Assembly (NCBI GenBank): GCA_013151745.1
Contig: JAADHS010000046.1
Location: forward strand, 1 to 63,652
Source: Gammaproteobacteria bacterium
GTDB taxonomy: Bacteria; Pseudomonadota; Gammaproteobacteria; JAADHS01
DNA: 63,652 nt
Direction of reading: 5' to 3'
A model generated the notes under the pieces. That model ran no database searches and was not told where the DNA came from. It was given only the letters and a program-made list of their open reading frames with translations. The translations under genes were made by a program, and so were the position numbers. Positions 52,289 through 62,805 of this stretch are shown in pieces. Position 1 is the first letter of the stretch, and every line of letters starts with the position of its first letter.

Positions 52289-52927
52289 ATGAAGACATAT
52301 AAAATCATATTTTCAGGCCCCCCAGGTGCTGGTAAATCTACGGCTATTAAGTCCGTTAGCAATGGTAATGCGGTGACAACAGAAGCTATTGCGACAGATG
52401 AAACGGCAGAGCGTAAAAAATCAACAACGGTTGCAATGGATTACAGCATACTGCAGCTGGGTAGCGGCGATCGTATCCATTTATACGGTACACCAGGGCA
52501 AGAAAGGTTCAGCTTTATGTGGGACGTGCTCACTAAAGGTGGGATGGGGTTGATTCTATTGATCGATAATAAGCGGCCTGACCCGATGGCTGACATAGAG
52601 TTTTTCCTTGATGCTTTCAAAGATTTTATTGAAAAAACAACGGTTGTTATTGGGATTACCCGAGTTGATCTATGTGCAACACCCACAATACAGGATCATC
52701 AGCGGCGGCTGAATGAAAAAAATCTCAATATTCCCATTTTTGCTATCGACAGCAGAGCAGAGAAAGACATCGTTAAGCTTATTGAGGCCTTGCTTCGCCA
52801 ATTGCATACCAAAAAGAGGAGGCCGTCCTCCGAAAACAATAGGTCGACGACCTCAGCAACGGCGTCCTGTGTGGCTCTGTCTCATGCATACCCGCAAGGC
52901 GAGGCTTCAAGACCCACACACTCGTAG
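52289..52927 (+). CDS. small Ras-like/MglA-like GTPase (COG2229-type) with basic/Ser-rich tail
   Basis: G1 GPPGAGKST, G3 YGTPGQERF and G4 TRVD. The last ~45 aa are low complexity and relatively GC-rich at the DNA level. Confidence 0.75.
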   Translation: MKTYKIIFSGPPGAGKSTAIKSVSNGNAVTTEAIATDETAERKKSTTVAMDYSILQLGSGDRIHLYGTPGQERFSFMWDVLTKGGMGLILLIDNKRPDPMADIEFFLDAFKDFIEKTTVVIGITRVDLCATPTIQDHQRRLNEKNLNIPIFAIDSRAEKDIVKLIEALLRQLHTKKRRPSSENNRSTTSATASCVALSHAYPQGEASRPTHS

Positions 52928-53153
52928 TGTTGATAGTCTCATTTTTTAGCTCGTTTTCTTTGAAATTTCAGAGATGAGCTAGAACTTAAGAGACACAAAA
53001 TGTACAGGTTTCTCGTTGCCATAGGCTCACGCCCCTTACCTACTTTCCATAGGTAAGGCGCTTATACACATTGTGTGTAATCTTCCTAGGCAAGGTGCCG
53101 ATAGTGACGGCGGAATGGTAGACAAGTAGAATGTTAAGTTATTTCGTACCCAT

Positions 53154-53480
53154 TTAATGTGTAATGCGGTTAACGGGATCAAACACGTTGTCCATATTCC
53201 AGGCATTGCCTAAGATATCCATCCAGAAACCCCAGTCAGTAGGTAGGGTCTCATCGACTAAGGTAATACGCTCTTCATACCGTGCCGGTTCACCTTCTTC
53301 AATAAAACAAAGCAATACAGCAAACCTTTCCTCAGCCCAATAGTAAGCCATAATATTATGGCGGGTTTCAGCTAAATTGATGGCTTCTCTAAGCTCAGCC
53401 AAATGCTTTTTGAAACATGCCTCATCATCTGATGGATAAAAACCAGCCTGCTTGATGCTGCTATTTTGTTTATTTTGCAT
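53154..53480 (-). CDS. hypothetical 108-aa protein
   Basis: ORF track only. Soluble, Trp-rich and acidic. No family recognised. Confidence 0.45.
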   Translation of the reverse strand: MQNKQNSSIKQAGFYPSDDEACFKKHLAELREAINLAETRHNIMAYYWAEERFAVLLCFIEEGEPARYEERITLVDETLPTDWGFWMDILGNAWNMDNVFDPVNRITH

Positions 53481-53698
53481 TTATTTTAGTCCAATGCTTG
53501 TTTTTTATCGACGTCTATATTTAAGTATAGACGTTATAAAAAAAAGTGGTAATGAACTCAGCTTGACTCCTCACTAAGTCGTGACTAAAAGTGTAGCATT
53601 AGAAGATGATGCCTTTATTAAACCTAAAAAACACAGAAGGGGATGGGGTGAGCTGATTTCACAGCTCAGGATGCTGAATATACCTGTGGAGATTGAGA

Positions 53699-54280
53699 TT
53701 ATTTAACCTGTATATCAACATGGCGAGCCAAGGCTTCTCGATCTGCATCATGAATATGTGAAAATTCAACACCAATACGGAAAGGAAAATGACTCTTTGG
53801 ATTGTCTTTGTCATCTTCTCGACGACAATAAACAACGGCACCTAAGGCGGAGATATGTAAATAAGAGGGTGTGATAATAATGGAAATTTCGATCAGTGTC
53901 CCAGTTTCATGAGCTAACTGACTGTTAAAAGAGAGGCCACCCGCGCTGAGACTGACATTTTCATTCGGCACAACGGGTGCGCCTACTTGATCTTGCGCGA
54001 TAGCATGAGACAGTAACTGGATGCGTTCTTCAATACTGATCAAATATTCTGCAAGTTCGGGGGTGTTTTTTTTAACGTCTTCTAAAAGTTTTTGGCTATT
54101 AATAGAGAGAGCTTGTAACTGGTTAATGGGATTAAAATGATTGCTGCTTTGTTGATTGAACTCTTGGATCGCACTTTCTACAAGATCCTCACTTAAGACT
54201 AAGTAGTCGAGGTAAATATCATCATTAATACGAACAAAGCTACGGCGGTCAATATCAGAGGTTTCTTTATTTATGGCCAT
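53699..54280 (-). CDS. PilZ-domain protein with long insertion between the c-di-GMP motifs
   Basis: RRSFVR (RRxxxR) at residues 12-17. SLSAGG (D/NxSxxG-like) at about residues 109-114. The ~90 intervening residues look helical. C-terminal beta-barrel-like segment. Confidence 0.65.
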   Translation of the reverse strand: MAINKETSDIDRRSFVRINDDIYLDYLVLSEDLVESAIQEFNQQSSNHFNPINQLQALSINSQKLLEDVKKNTPELAEYLISIEERIQLLSHAIAQDQVGAPVVPNENVSLSAGGLSFNSQLAHETGTLIEISIIITPSYLHISALGAVVYCRREDDKDNPKSHFPFRIGVEFSHIHDADREALARHVDIQVK

Positions 54281-54449
54281 GATGCCTCACAGAATGACTA
54301 ATAATCATCGAACTTACAATAAAATATATAGCACAAACCAAGAATTTTAGATAGTGTGTAAACATTATAATCAGATAACCTTTTTAAGGAACATGCACGC
54401 TCCTAACATAGGCAGGGTTGAGACTATGGCTATTGATGAGGGAATACAA

Positions 54450-55649
54450 ATGAAAATCGGGACACCATTAACCGCGAATGCCATACGCGTGATGTTATTA
54501 GGTAGCGGCGAGCTAGGCAAAGAAGTCATTATTGCTTTTCAACGCTTAGGTGTTGAGGTGATTGCTGTTGATCGGTATGCGAACGCACCTGGGCATCAAG
54601 TTGCACACCGTGCTCATGTCATCGATATGGCTAATGCGGAGGCATTGCGTGCGCTCATCGAACAAGAACAGCCAGATTATATTGTTCCGGAAATTGAAGC
54701 GATTGCGACAGAGGTTCTGCTTGAAGTGGAGCAACACGGACATAGCACTGTAATTCCAACAGCACAAGCGACCAACCTAACGATGAATAGAGAAGGCATA
54801 CGTCGCCTGGCGGCAGAAGAATTGGGATTACTGACTTCTCGTTATGGTTTTGCTGATAGCCTCAATGCCTTGCAAGTCGTCGTTGACGGTGGCATAGGCT
54901 ATCCCTGCATAATAAAACCGGTGATGTCCTCGTCTGGAAAAGGACAATCTTATGTAAACAGTCCTGAAGAACTTAAAGCGGCTTGGGCGTATGCGCAGAG
55001 TGGTGCTCGTGTAGATAATGGGCAAGTGATCGCGGAAGAGGTCATTGAATTTGATTTTGAAATTACCCTGTTGACGGTTAGAGCACGCGGTCAATCGGGT
55101 CATATTGAAACGCATTTTTGCGAACCCATAGGCCACATTCAAGAGCAAGGCGATTATATTGAAAGCTGGCAACCACAACCTCTGTCGGCAACCGCATGGC
55201 GGTTGAGTAAAGAGATGGCACTACAGGTGACTCAGCGCTTAGGCGGGCAAGGACTCTTTGGTGTAGAGCTTTTTATTACAGGAGATCGGGTTTGCTTCAG
55301 TGAAGTCAGTCCACGACCACACGACACCGGCATGGTCACCTTGGTTAGCCAGCACCAAAATGAATTTGAACTCCATGCCCGAGCGATACTTGGCTTGCCT
55401 GTAGACGTCAATATGCGTAGCCCCGGTGCGAGTGCTGTGATTTATGGTGGCTTGGAAAAACAAGGCATTGCTTTTGAAGGCGTCGTTGAAGCATTAAGTG
55501 TGCCCGGTTCTGATTTACGACTTTTTGGTAAACCCGAGTCCTATATAAAACGTCGAATGGGCGTTGCTTTGGCTTATGGGAAAAACATAACCGAAGCCCG
55601 CGATCGAGCTAAATCAGTTGCGTCCAAAATCAAGCCCGTCGCAAATTAA
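54450..55649 (+). CDS. purT: formate-dependent phosphoribosylglycinamide formyltransferase
   Basis: ATP-grasp protein with N-terminus [14 protein letters not shown]. Start trimmed to ATG 54450 (GAGGG RBS). Confidence 0.92.
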   Translation: MKIGTPLTANAIRVMLLGSGELGKEVIIAFQRLGVEVIAVDRYANAPGHQVAHRAHVIDMANAEALRALIEQEQPDYIVPEIEAIATEVLLEVEQHGHSTVIPTAQATNLTMNREGIRRLAAEELGLLTSRYGFADSLNALQVVVDGGIGYPCIIKPVMSSSGKGQSYVNSPEELKAAWAYAQSGARVDNGQVIAEEVIEFDFEITLLTVRARGQSGHIETHFCEPIGHIQEQGDYIESWQPQPLSATAWRLSKEMALQVTQRLGGQGLFGVELFITGDRVCFSEVSPRPHDTGMVTLVSQHQNEFELHARAILGLPVDVNMRSPGASAVIYGGLEKQGIAFEGVVEALSVPGSDLRLFGKPESYIKRRMGVALAYGKNITEARDRAKSVASKIKPVAN

Positions 55650-55683
55650 CTCCAATTTATGCCGTATACATTTTTGATCTGTT

Positions 55684-56562
55684 TTATTGTATATGATTCA
55701 ATATCCCTTCTAGTTCATCTAGACTATTATATTGAATTACCAATTGCCCTTTGCCTTTAGGGCTATGCTGAATGGCGACTTTCGCACCCAGCTTGGCAGA
55801 TAAATTTTCCTGAAAGTGCCTGATATCAGGATCCGGCGTTTGTTTAATTTTCTTCGGCGCGTCGCCAGACTCAGCAAGCTGTTTACGTACCAGTTTCTCC
55901 GTTTCTCTAACCGACAACCCTTTTGCCACAATTTTTTGTGCGGCAAGCCATTGCTGAGAACTGGCAAGAGCGAGTAGCGCACGAGCATGACCCATTTCCA
56001 AGTCGCCGTTTTCCACATAACGTTTCACGCCCTGTTCAAGATCAAGCAAGCGCAATAAATTAGAGACGGCTGCCCGAGAACGACCGACTGCTTCCGCAGC
56101 TTGTTGGTGGGTTAATTCAAACTCAGTAATCAGCCGTTTTAAAGACTGGGCTTCTTCAAGTGGGTTTAAATCTTCACGCTGAATGTTTTCAATGAGCGCC
56201 ATTGCCAAAGCCGCCTGATCAGTGACTTCTCGAACGACCACGGGCACATCTTGTAATTCGGTCAGTTGCGCTGCGCGCCAGCGTCGCTCACCAGCAATAA
56301 TCTCAAAACGCTGCTTTTCCCCCGCTAATTTTCTAACTACGATGGGCTGAATAATGCCTTGTGTTTTTATTGAGTTCGCCAGCTCCTGCAAAGACTCTTG
56401 ATCCATCTTTCGACGAGGCTGATACTTGCCTGGTTGAATCAGCTCTATAGACAGCGTTCTCAGTTCGCCGTCACCCGGTTTCTGGTGACTACTTTCGGCT
56501 GCTGTATTCGTCAGTAAGGAACCTAAACCCCGCCCTAAGCCACTTTTTTTCTTGATTGCCAT
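55684..56562 (-). CDS. parB: chromosome partitioning protein ParB
   Basis: GLGRGLGSLL N-terminus, the GERRWRAA box and an HTH. Confidence 0.93.
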   Translation of the reverse strand: MAIKKKSGLGRGLGSLLTNTAAESSHQKPGDGELRTLSIELIQPGKYQPRRKMDQESLQELANSIKTQGIIQPIVVRKLAGEKQRFEIIAGERRWRAAQLTELQDVPVVVREVTDQAALAMALIENIQREDLNPLEEAQSLKRLITEFELTHQQAAEAVGRSRAAVSNLLRLLDLEQGVKRYVENGDLEMGHARALLALASSQQWLAAQKIVAKGLSVRETEKLVRKQLAESGDAPKKIKQTPDPDIRHFQENLSAKLGAKVAIQHSPKGKGQLVIQYNSLDELEGILNHIQ

Positions 56563-56618
56563 AATGTAAGATGATCTACCCTAATATTTATTGTAACTGC
56601 TCAGCATCAAAAATAATT

Positions 56619-56634
56619 ATTTACACGTGTAAAT
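56619..56634. promoter_or_regulatory. 16-bp perfect palindrome with parS-like CACGTG core
   Basis: ATTTACACGTGTAAAT in the parA-parB spacer. It matches the canonical parS TGTTNCACGTGAAACA at the core and at 5 of 8 positions per half-site. Confidence 0.35.
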
Positions 56635-56719
56635 GCACATTGTTCTCCTGGAATTGGCGAGTTTCAGAGGCAGTCTGAGCCGTTACGGTGTGTTTGACTA
56701 CTCGCGGAGTAGTGACTCT

Positions 56720-57628
56720 TTATTTTTTATTTTGCTTTAATTGAAAAACCAACACGCCATCATTCGCAATTTTCGGGCTGGCGTCAGGCTCTATGGTTTC
56801 TTCTAACGAAGGCTCAACGGGAAAACTTTTTTCCGGAGCTGTGGGTGGTATCCGTTCTGGCCTATGAAACTCTTGAGCCAGTACTTCCTGCGCCAATGCC
56901 AAATAGGCTCTGGCACCCCGTGAGCCTTTATCGTAATGCATCACCGGCAGACCATAACTTGGCGCTTCAGCCAAACGGACATTACGCGGAATATAAGCGC
57001 GATAGACAAGACGACCAAAATGTTCATCCAATTGTGCAGAGACATCATTTGCTAAATTATTACGCCCGTCAAACATGGTTCTTAACAAACCATCAATTTT
57101 TAATGACGGATTCAAAGTACTGCGTACCCCTTCAATCGTTGTCATCAACGCACTCAAACCTTCAAGCGCAAAATATTCACATTGCATCGGCACAATAACC
57201 GCTTCTGCTGCAACCAATGCATTGAGAGTGAGCATATTCAAGGAAGGCGGGGTGTCAATTAAAATGTAATCATATTGATCACGAATATTTTGAATCGCAT
57301 TACGCAGACGACATTCCCTGTCCGTCAACGTCGTTAACTCTACTTCTGCCGCAGTCAGGTCTGCATTAGTTGGTGCCAAATCATAAGCACAAGGCAGTCC
57401 ACTAATAATGGTATCGGTCAAAGCAACTTGATCCAGCATGACATCGCAAGTCGAATATAAAAGCTCTGCTTTGTCCAGGCCGCTGCCCATCGTTGCATTG
57501 CCTTGCGGATCCAGGTCAATTAATAATACTTTACGCTCCAGCGATGCCAGAGAGGCTGCCAGATTAATCGCCGTTGTGGTCTTGCCGACACCGCCTTTTT
57601 GATTGGTAATTGCAATAATTCTAGACAT
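56720..57628 (-). CDS. parA: chromosome partitioning ATPase ParA/Soj with Pro/Glu-rich C-terminal extension
   Basis: Deviant Walker A KGGVGKTT. About 45 extra C-terminal residues compared with typical Soj proteins. Confidence 0.93.
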   Translation of the reverse strand: MSRIIAITNQKGGVGKTTTAINLAASLASLERKVLLIDLDPQGNATMGSGLDKAELLYSTCDVMLDQVALTDTIISGLPCAYDLAPTNADLTAAEVELTTLTDRECRLRNAIQNIRDQYDYILIDTPPSLNMLTLNALVAAEAVIVPMQCEYFALEGLSALMTTIEGVRSTLNPSLKIDGLLRTMFDGRNNLANDVSAQLDEHFGRLVYRAYIPRNVRLAEAPSYGLPVMHYDKGSRGARAYLALAQEVLAQEFHRPERIPPTAPEKSFPVEPSLEETIEPDASPKIANDGVLVFQLKQNKK

Positions 57629-57644
57629 TATTTATTAACGTTTA

Positions 57645-58292
57645 TTAAACTGGTTTGATTATAGCGACATGCCGTTCCGCATCGATACCCGGTACATTCA
57701 ATCGTGCAATCTGGTCTAAACGAAACGTAGCGGGTACGGCCGTCAATTCTTCAACGGGATACCCTCCTTTCATAAAAACGATCTGACCCTGTTGTGCACA
57801 TAAACGAGCTGTCACCTGCAGTAATCTGGCTATTGTCGAAAAAGCTCTTGATATTATAGTATCAAACAGCACGCCTGGCGCAAAATGCTCTATACGATGA
57901 CTGCTGATTTCCACATTATCCAAGCCCAGTTCAATCACGACTTGAGCCAGAAAACGAGTTTTCTTCTTCTTGCTGTCAATAAGGAAAAACTGTTTTTCAG
58001 GATAGATAATGGCCAGCGGAATGCCAGGTAAGCCCGCACCTGTACCTACATCAAGTATTTTTTCACCCTGAATATAGGGTGTCATCAACAAACTATCCAT
58101 TAGATGATGGGTTACCATCACATCGGTATCACGGATCGCAGTCAAGTTATACACTCGATTCCACTTCACAATTAATTCTAAATGTCTCGTTAAGCGTAAA
58201 AACTGCACATCGGATAAGGTTAATTTAAGTTGAGACACAGCTTGCCGAATTTGAATTAACAAGGGTCGGTCGAGTTCATCGGTGCTTATCAT
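57645..58292 (-). CDS. rsmG: 16S rRNA (guanine527-N7)-methyltransferase
   Basis: GidB-family protein with SAM motif DVGTGAGLPG. Lies between mnmG and parA. Confidence 0.92.
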   Translation of the reverse strand: MISTDELDRPLLIQIRQAVSQLKLTLSDVQFLRLTRHLELIVKWNRVYNLTAIRDTDVMVTHHLMDSLLMTPYIQGEKILDVGTGAGLPGIPLAIIYPEKQFFLIDSKKKKTRFLAQVVIELGLDNVEISSHRIEHFAPGVLFDTIISRAFSTIARLLQVTARLCAQQGQIVFMKGGYPVEELTAVPATFRLDQIARLNVPGIDAERHVAIIKPV

Positions 58293-58394
58293 AAAATAAA
58301 GGATACAGGAATTCAGGTGATAACCGGTAAAGGATGGTGATTATTTCATTTTAATTTTGTAGCTGCTAACTTTGGCTACTCGCTGAATAGTGAT

Positions 58395-60296
58395 TTAATT
58401 TTTTGCGCTTTTGAACGAATTTTGCAACTTTTTCTTTTTTAAATAAACGAGGAGTAGAGAAATAGCTGCGGGTGTGACACCGGGTATGCGTGCCGCTTGC
58501 CCGACCGTTGAGGGTTGGATTTCCGTCATTTTTTGTATCACTTCAGTAGATAAGCCCGAAACCAAGTTGTAATCCAGGTTTTCCGGCAAGATGCTCTCTT
58601 CATTACGGCGCAAGCGCTCTATTTCATCTTGTTGACGATGAATATAACCCTCGTATTTGGCCTGAATTTCAATTTGCTCCGCCACTTTCTCATCACCCAC
58701 TCCCGGCCCTAATGCGGGAATCGTCATTAACTTTTGATATGACACGGTTGGTCGACGCAACAAATCTAGAACGTTATATTCTTTTTTTAAGGGTGCTTGA
58801 GTGAGGGTTTCAACTGCGGCAATATGCTCATCGTTTGGCCTGACCCAGGTGTCTTGCAGACGCTGTTGTTCCGTAGTGATCGCATTCAGCTTATTTGTGA
58901 ATTGATGCCAGCGCTGATTTGAGATCAGACCGAGTTTATAGGCTTGCTCGGTCAAACGAAGATCCGCATTGTCTTCACGCAAAATCAAGCGATATTCGGC
59001 ACGGCTTGTAAACATACGATAAGGCTCTTGCGTGCCACACGTCACCAAATCATCAACCAAGACACCGAGATAGGCCTCGTCACGACGGGGAAACCACATT
59101 GTTTTTTGCTGTGCGCTCAAACTGGCATTAATACCGGCCAGCAAACCTTGAGCACCGGCTTCTTCATAACCGGTCGTACCATTGATCTGACCGGCGAAAA
59201 ATAAACCTTTAATAAACTTGGTCTCTAATGTATGACGTAAATCACGAGGATCGAAGAAGTCGTACTCAATAGCATAACCGGGGCGCGTAATATGCGCTTT
59301 GCCAAACCCTTTAAGGGTTCGCACCATCTCATATTGAATATCAAAGGGTAAGCTGGTTGATATGCCATTGGGATACACTTCGTGCGTATGCAGACCTTCT
59401 GGTTCGACAAAAACCTGGTGCGAGTTTTTATCAGCAAAACGCACCACTTTATCTTCTATTGACGGACAATAACGGGGGCCCACACCTTCGATCACGCCAG
59501 TATACATCGGAGAACGGTGTAAGCCACGACGAATGATGTCATGCGTTGCGCTTGTCGTTTGACTGATAAAGCAGGAAATTTGTTGAGGATGGTCATCGCG
59601 ATGACCAGAAAAAGAAAAGACTGGTACGGGATGGTCACCGGGCTGCTCAAGCAACGCTTTATAGTCTATGGTTCGACCATCAACCCTGGGAGGGGTTCCT
59701 GTTTTCAGTCTGTTGACACGGAAAGGCAGTGCTCTTAAGCGTTGCGCTAAAGCAAGAGCAGGCGGGTCACCGGCTCGACCTCCTTTTGAGCGGGTATCGC
59801 CAATATGAATCGTACCGTCTAAAAAAGTTCCAACCGTCAAGACTACGGTGAGAGATGAAAATTTCAAGCCCATCTGAGTCACGACGCCCTGGATTTGTTC
59901 CTGGACTATGATCAAATCCTCTACCGTCTGCTGAAAAATCGTCAAATTTTCTTGATTTTCAATGAGAGAACGTATTGCGTTGCGATACAGTACACGATCA
60001 CATTGTGCTCTGGTTGCCCTTACGGCTGGGCCTTTACTGGCATTTAAGATACGAAAATGAATGCCCGCCTGATCTGCAGCCTGCGCCATAGCGCCTCCCA
60101 GAGCATCAATCTCTTTAACTAAATGACCTTTGCCAATACCACCAATGGCGGGGTTACAACTCATCTGCCCCAGGGTATCAATATTGTGAGTCAATAATAG
60201 AGTTTTACTGCCTCTACGCGCTGCCGCCAAAGCCGCTTCTGTACCAGCATGACCACCACCAATCACAATGACATCAAAATTTTCAGAATACTGCAT
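58395..60296 (-). CDS. mnmG: tRNA uridine 5-carboxymethylaminomethyl modification enzyme
   Basis: FAD motif [18 protein letters not shown] 60296 is preferred over the TTG at 60305. Confidence 0.96.
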   Translation of the reverse strand: MQYSENFDVIVIGGGHAGTEAALAAARRGSKTLLLTHNIDTLGQMSCNPAIGGIGKGHLVKEIDALGGAMAQAADQAGIHFRILNASKGPAVRATRAQCDRVLYRNAIRSLIENQENLTIFQQTVEDLIIVQEQIQGVVTQMGLKFSSLTVVLTVGTFLDGTIHIGDTRSKGGRAGDPPALALAQRLRALPFRVNRLKTGTPPRVDGRTIDYKALLEQPGDHPVPVFSFSGHRDDHPQQISCFISQTTSATHDIIRRGLHRSPMYTGVIEGVGPRYCPSIEDKVVRFADKNSHQVFVEPEGLHTHEVYPNGISTSLPFDIQYEMVRTLKGFGKAHITRPGYAIEYDFFDPRDLRHTLETKFIKGLFFAGQINGTTGYEEAGAQGLLAGINASLSAQQKTMWFPRRDEAYLGVLVDDLVTCGTQEPYRMFTSRAEYRLILREDNADLRLTEQAYKLGLISNQRWHQFTNKLNAITTEQQRLQDTWVRPNDEHIAAVETLTQAPLKKEYNVLDLLRRPTVSYQKLMTIPALGPGVGDEKVAEQIEIQAKYEGYIHRQQDEIERLRRNEESILPENLDYNLVSGLSTEVIQKMTEIQPSTVGQAARIPGVTPAAISLLLVYLKKKKLQNSFKSAKN

Positions 60297-60400
60297 AAAA
60301 TTCAAAACCTACAGGGGTTGTGCTACATGAAGCAATAGCGTTGGGCAAAGCGGCTATTTTAACCTATTACCTAATCCTGAGAGTGATCGTGTTTGCGCTC

Positions 60401-60561
60401 TATACCCGTAGCGTTTGAGATTTAGGTGTTGAGTGTGCGTCCTGTTCATTTCCTGGCAAGGCGAAATGACAAGTAATAGCGGGCTATTGCGAGGAATTTC
60501 AACGTCAGGGAATTAAGAGGGTGTGCAATCACACCTAAATCTTAATCGCTACGGGTATATA
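60401..60561. mobile_element. MITE-like palindromic element, subfamily B, full length (~161 bp), inverted relative to 15919..16084
   Basis: TATACCCGTAGCGTTTGAGATTTAGGTG...CACCTAAATCTTAATCGCTACGGGTATATA. The interior matches the reverse complement of the 15919 copy with only a few substitutions. Confidence 0.85.
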
Positions 60562-60744
60562 TTCGAGTCCAGCTACATTTTTAGGTTGAGCTGTTCAACC
60601 TCAAGCAACGTGAGTAAGCTGAGGTTGAATAAATCAGAGGCTCAGAGCCACAACTGAGGTGGATATTTTAATACATCATGCCCAAGATATAGCCATAGAT
60701 AAACCTATCAATATTTTACGCCCTACAGGCTCCTTCAATAGTAT

Positions 60745-61539
60745 TTAAAAAATTTCTTTGAAAAAAACTTGCATACGTTGCCAGGAATCTTTATCCGCTG
60801 CGGCATCATAAGCCAGGGGCAATGAAAACTTCTTTCCTTTCTCCGTCGAATCTTCGACGGTAAAGCCGTGTTGAACACCGGGATAACTTTTGAGTTCGTA
60901 ATCCACACCCGCCTCAGTCATGGATTTAACAAAGGCTTGTACAGACTCTATTGGAACAAAGGGGTCGTCAGCCCCCGTAAAGGCAAGCACTTTAGTTTTT
61001 GTTTGTCCTGGTTGTGATGGGGTTTGTGTTGCAAATGCAAAACTTCCGTGAAAACTGACTACGCCATTCAAAGGGATAATTCCGGTTCGAGCCATATGCA
61101 TCACAAGCCCACCCCCCAGGCAATAACCAATTGCCGCAATTTTTTCGGGATTGACCGTTTTTTCTTTTTTCAAAATTTCATAGGCGGCTTTAAAGCGCGT
61201 TTCGGCTTGAGGCAAGGATCCCACTGCAGCCTGCATAAATTTTTTGGCATCGTCGGGATGCTGAGCCAACTGACCGGTGCCATACATATCCAAAGCGAAA
61301 GCCGTGTAACCCAGCTTTGCTAACTGGGTTGCACGCTTACGAGAATTATCATCATGTCCCCACCATTCGTGTGCTACCAAAATACCGGGGCGTTTGCCAG
61401 AGACGGCGTCATCAAAGGCCAAAAATCCGGTGAATTCGGTTTCACCAAAGGTATATTTAATTTCTTTTGTTTGTACTGCGGCATAGGCTTGCAAACTGAA
61501 AAAAGTCAGCCCAATTATGCTCACCATTATTTTTTTCAT
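60745..61539 (-). CDS. secreted dienelactone hydrolase-family protein
   Basis: Signal peptide, G-Y-C-L-G-G nucleophile elbow and a C-terminal His block (GVQHGF). Confidence 0.8.
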   Translation of the reverse strand: MKKIMVSIIGLTFFSLQAYAAVQTKEIKYTFGETEFTGFLAFDDAVSGKRPGILVAHEWWGHDDNSRKRATQLAKLGYTAFALDMYGTGQLAQHPDDAKKFMQAAVGSLPQAETRFKAAYEILKKEKTVNPEKIAAIGYCLGGGLVMHMARTGIIPLNGVVSFHGSFAFATQTPSQPGQTKTKVLAFTGADDPFVPIESVQAFVKSMTEAGVDYELKSYPGVQHGFTVEDSTEKGKKFSLPLAYDAAADKDSWQRMQVFFKEIF

Positions 61540-61663
61540 TTTTAGACTCCTTGTTTTTTAGGCTCTCCTGTTTCCAAAGGAGAAAGCCAAATTGTTTTAG
61601 ATGTCAAGAAGAATAGCAGGAAACCCTTAGTTTGATTCGCCGGAAACGCTCAAAATTTCGCCG

Positions 61664-62539
61664 TCAGTTAGGTATTCGGGTTCGCCTTAATTCAGATGGG
61701 GTCAAGCCAAAACGACGCTTGAAGCGTTCCCCGAAACGAGATTGAGAGCGATAACCGACAGCATCAGCGACATCACTAATGGGCTTGAATGTTTCCATGA
61801 TTAACGATAATCCAAGTGCAAGCCGCACTTCTTCTAAAATTTTTCGAAAATTGCTTCCTTCTTCTTGTAGATGTCGTCGTAAACCGGATTCACTGATACC
61901 TAAACGAGTGCAAACATCAATAACTTGCCAAGTCTTTGCCGGGTGCATGGCAATGAGATTAGATACACGCTGCCTCCAGCTGGGTAGCGTGTTAAACAAT
62001 AGGTTTCCCGCTAACCCGGCCTGTGCGAGCAACAGTAAAATTTCAACTTGGCGATGTTGAACCAATGGTGTATCTACGGCATAGTTCCGACAAAAATAAA
62101 ACCACTGACATAAGGCAAAAAGAATAGTCTCTGGCGCTTTTTCATGCCACTTTGACTGGATGTCCCAATGTTCAAGATCAGCGCCATAAACCTGGCGAAA
62201 GTGATCTTGGGTTTCAAAGCTGAAAGGGAGTCCCAGAGCCTGATAGTCATTCAAACAAGGATCGGGATTATTTTTGATCCACAAAGTGGTATCGGAAGGG
62301 GCAATAAAAAGTTCACCTGAATGAACAGCATAGGTGCGATCCTCAATTGTAACTTCTTTATGACCCGTAACGACCAGCATGATCATCGGTTGAAGTAAAG
62401 GTACGGCGCGTAATTTTTGGAGTTGGTGGCAATGGTAGACCCCCAAGCCATGAAGGGACGATTTTTCTTCCTGCAAATAAGGGTCACTACGCAATGCTTT
62501 GCGCAGCGCTTTGAGTGAATCGTTTATTTTCATTGCCAA
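61664..62539 (-). CDS. AraC-family transcriptional regulator
   Basis: C-terminal double HTH (VADAVGYRSQSRFGERFKRRFGLTPSELRR). Confidence 0.85.
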   Translation of the reverse strand: MAMKINDSLKALRKALRSDPYLQEEKSSLHGLGVYHCHQLQKLRAVPLLQPMIMLVVTGHKEVTIEDRTYAVHSGELFIAPSDTTLWIKNNPDPCLNDYQALGLPFSFETQDHFRQVYGADLEHWDIQSKWHEKAPETILFALCQWFYFCRNYAVDTPLVQHRQVEILLLLAQAGLAGNLLFNTLPSWRQRVSNLIAMHPAKTWQVIDVCTRLGISESGLRRHLQEEGSNFRKILEEVRLALGLSLIMETFKPISDVADAVGYRSQSRFGERFKRRFGLTPSELRRTRIPN

Positions 62540-62805
62540 GCCTCATCGGGTATAGCCTTGATCAGCCGCTTTTTTATCCCGAAATTTAAGTTTACCATTA
62601 TTAATTACTTGAGGTTTTTGTTTACAGAACCCAGACATTAAAAACAAATTCAGTGGTGTCTACGAGGCAGAACAGAAAGCTGGAGTTTTTTTGGTGACTC
62701 GGATACTATCTTGGAGTCCCTCTGTAAAGCAGCCAGAAACAAGATGCCAGCCTGTACAGAGGCGAAAAAATGAAATCCACAGCCTAAAAAAACCAAGGAT
62801 AGACT

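Noticed and set aside
60297-60744. oriC upstream of mnmG (the classical gidA-adjacent origin).
   Set aside because: I found no cluster of TTATCCACA-like DnaA boxes and no AT-rich 13-mers. Much of the spacer is occupied by the MITE copy.
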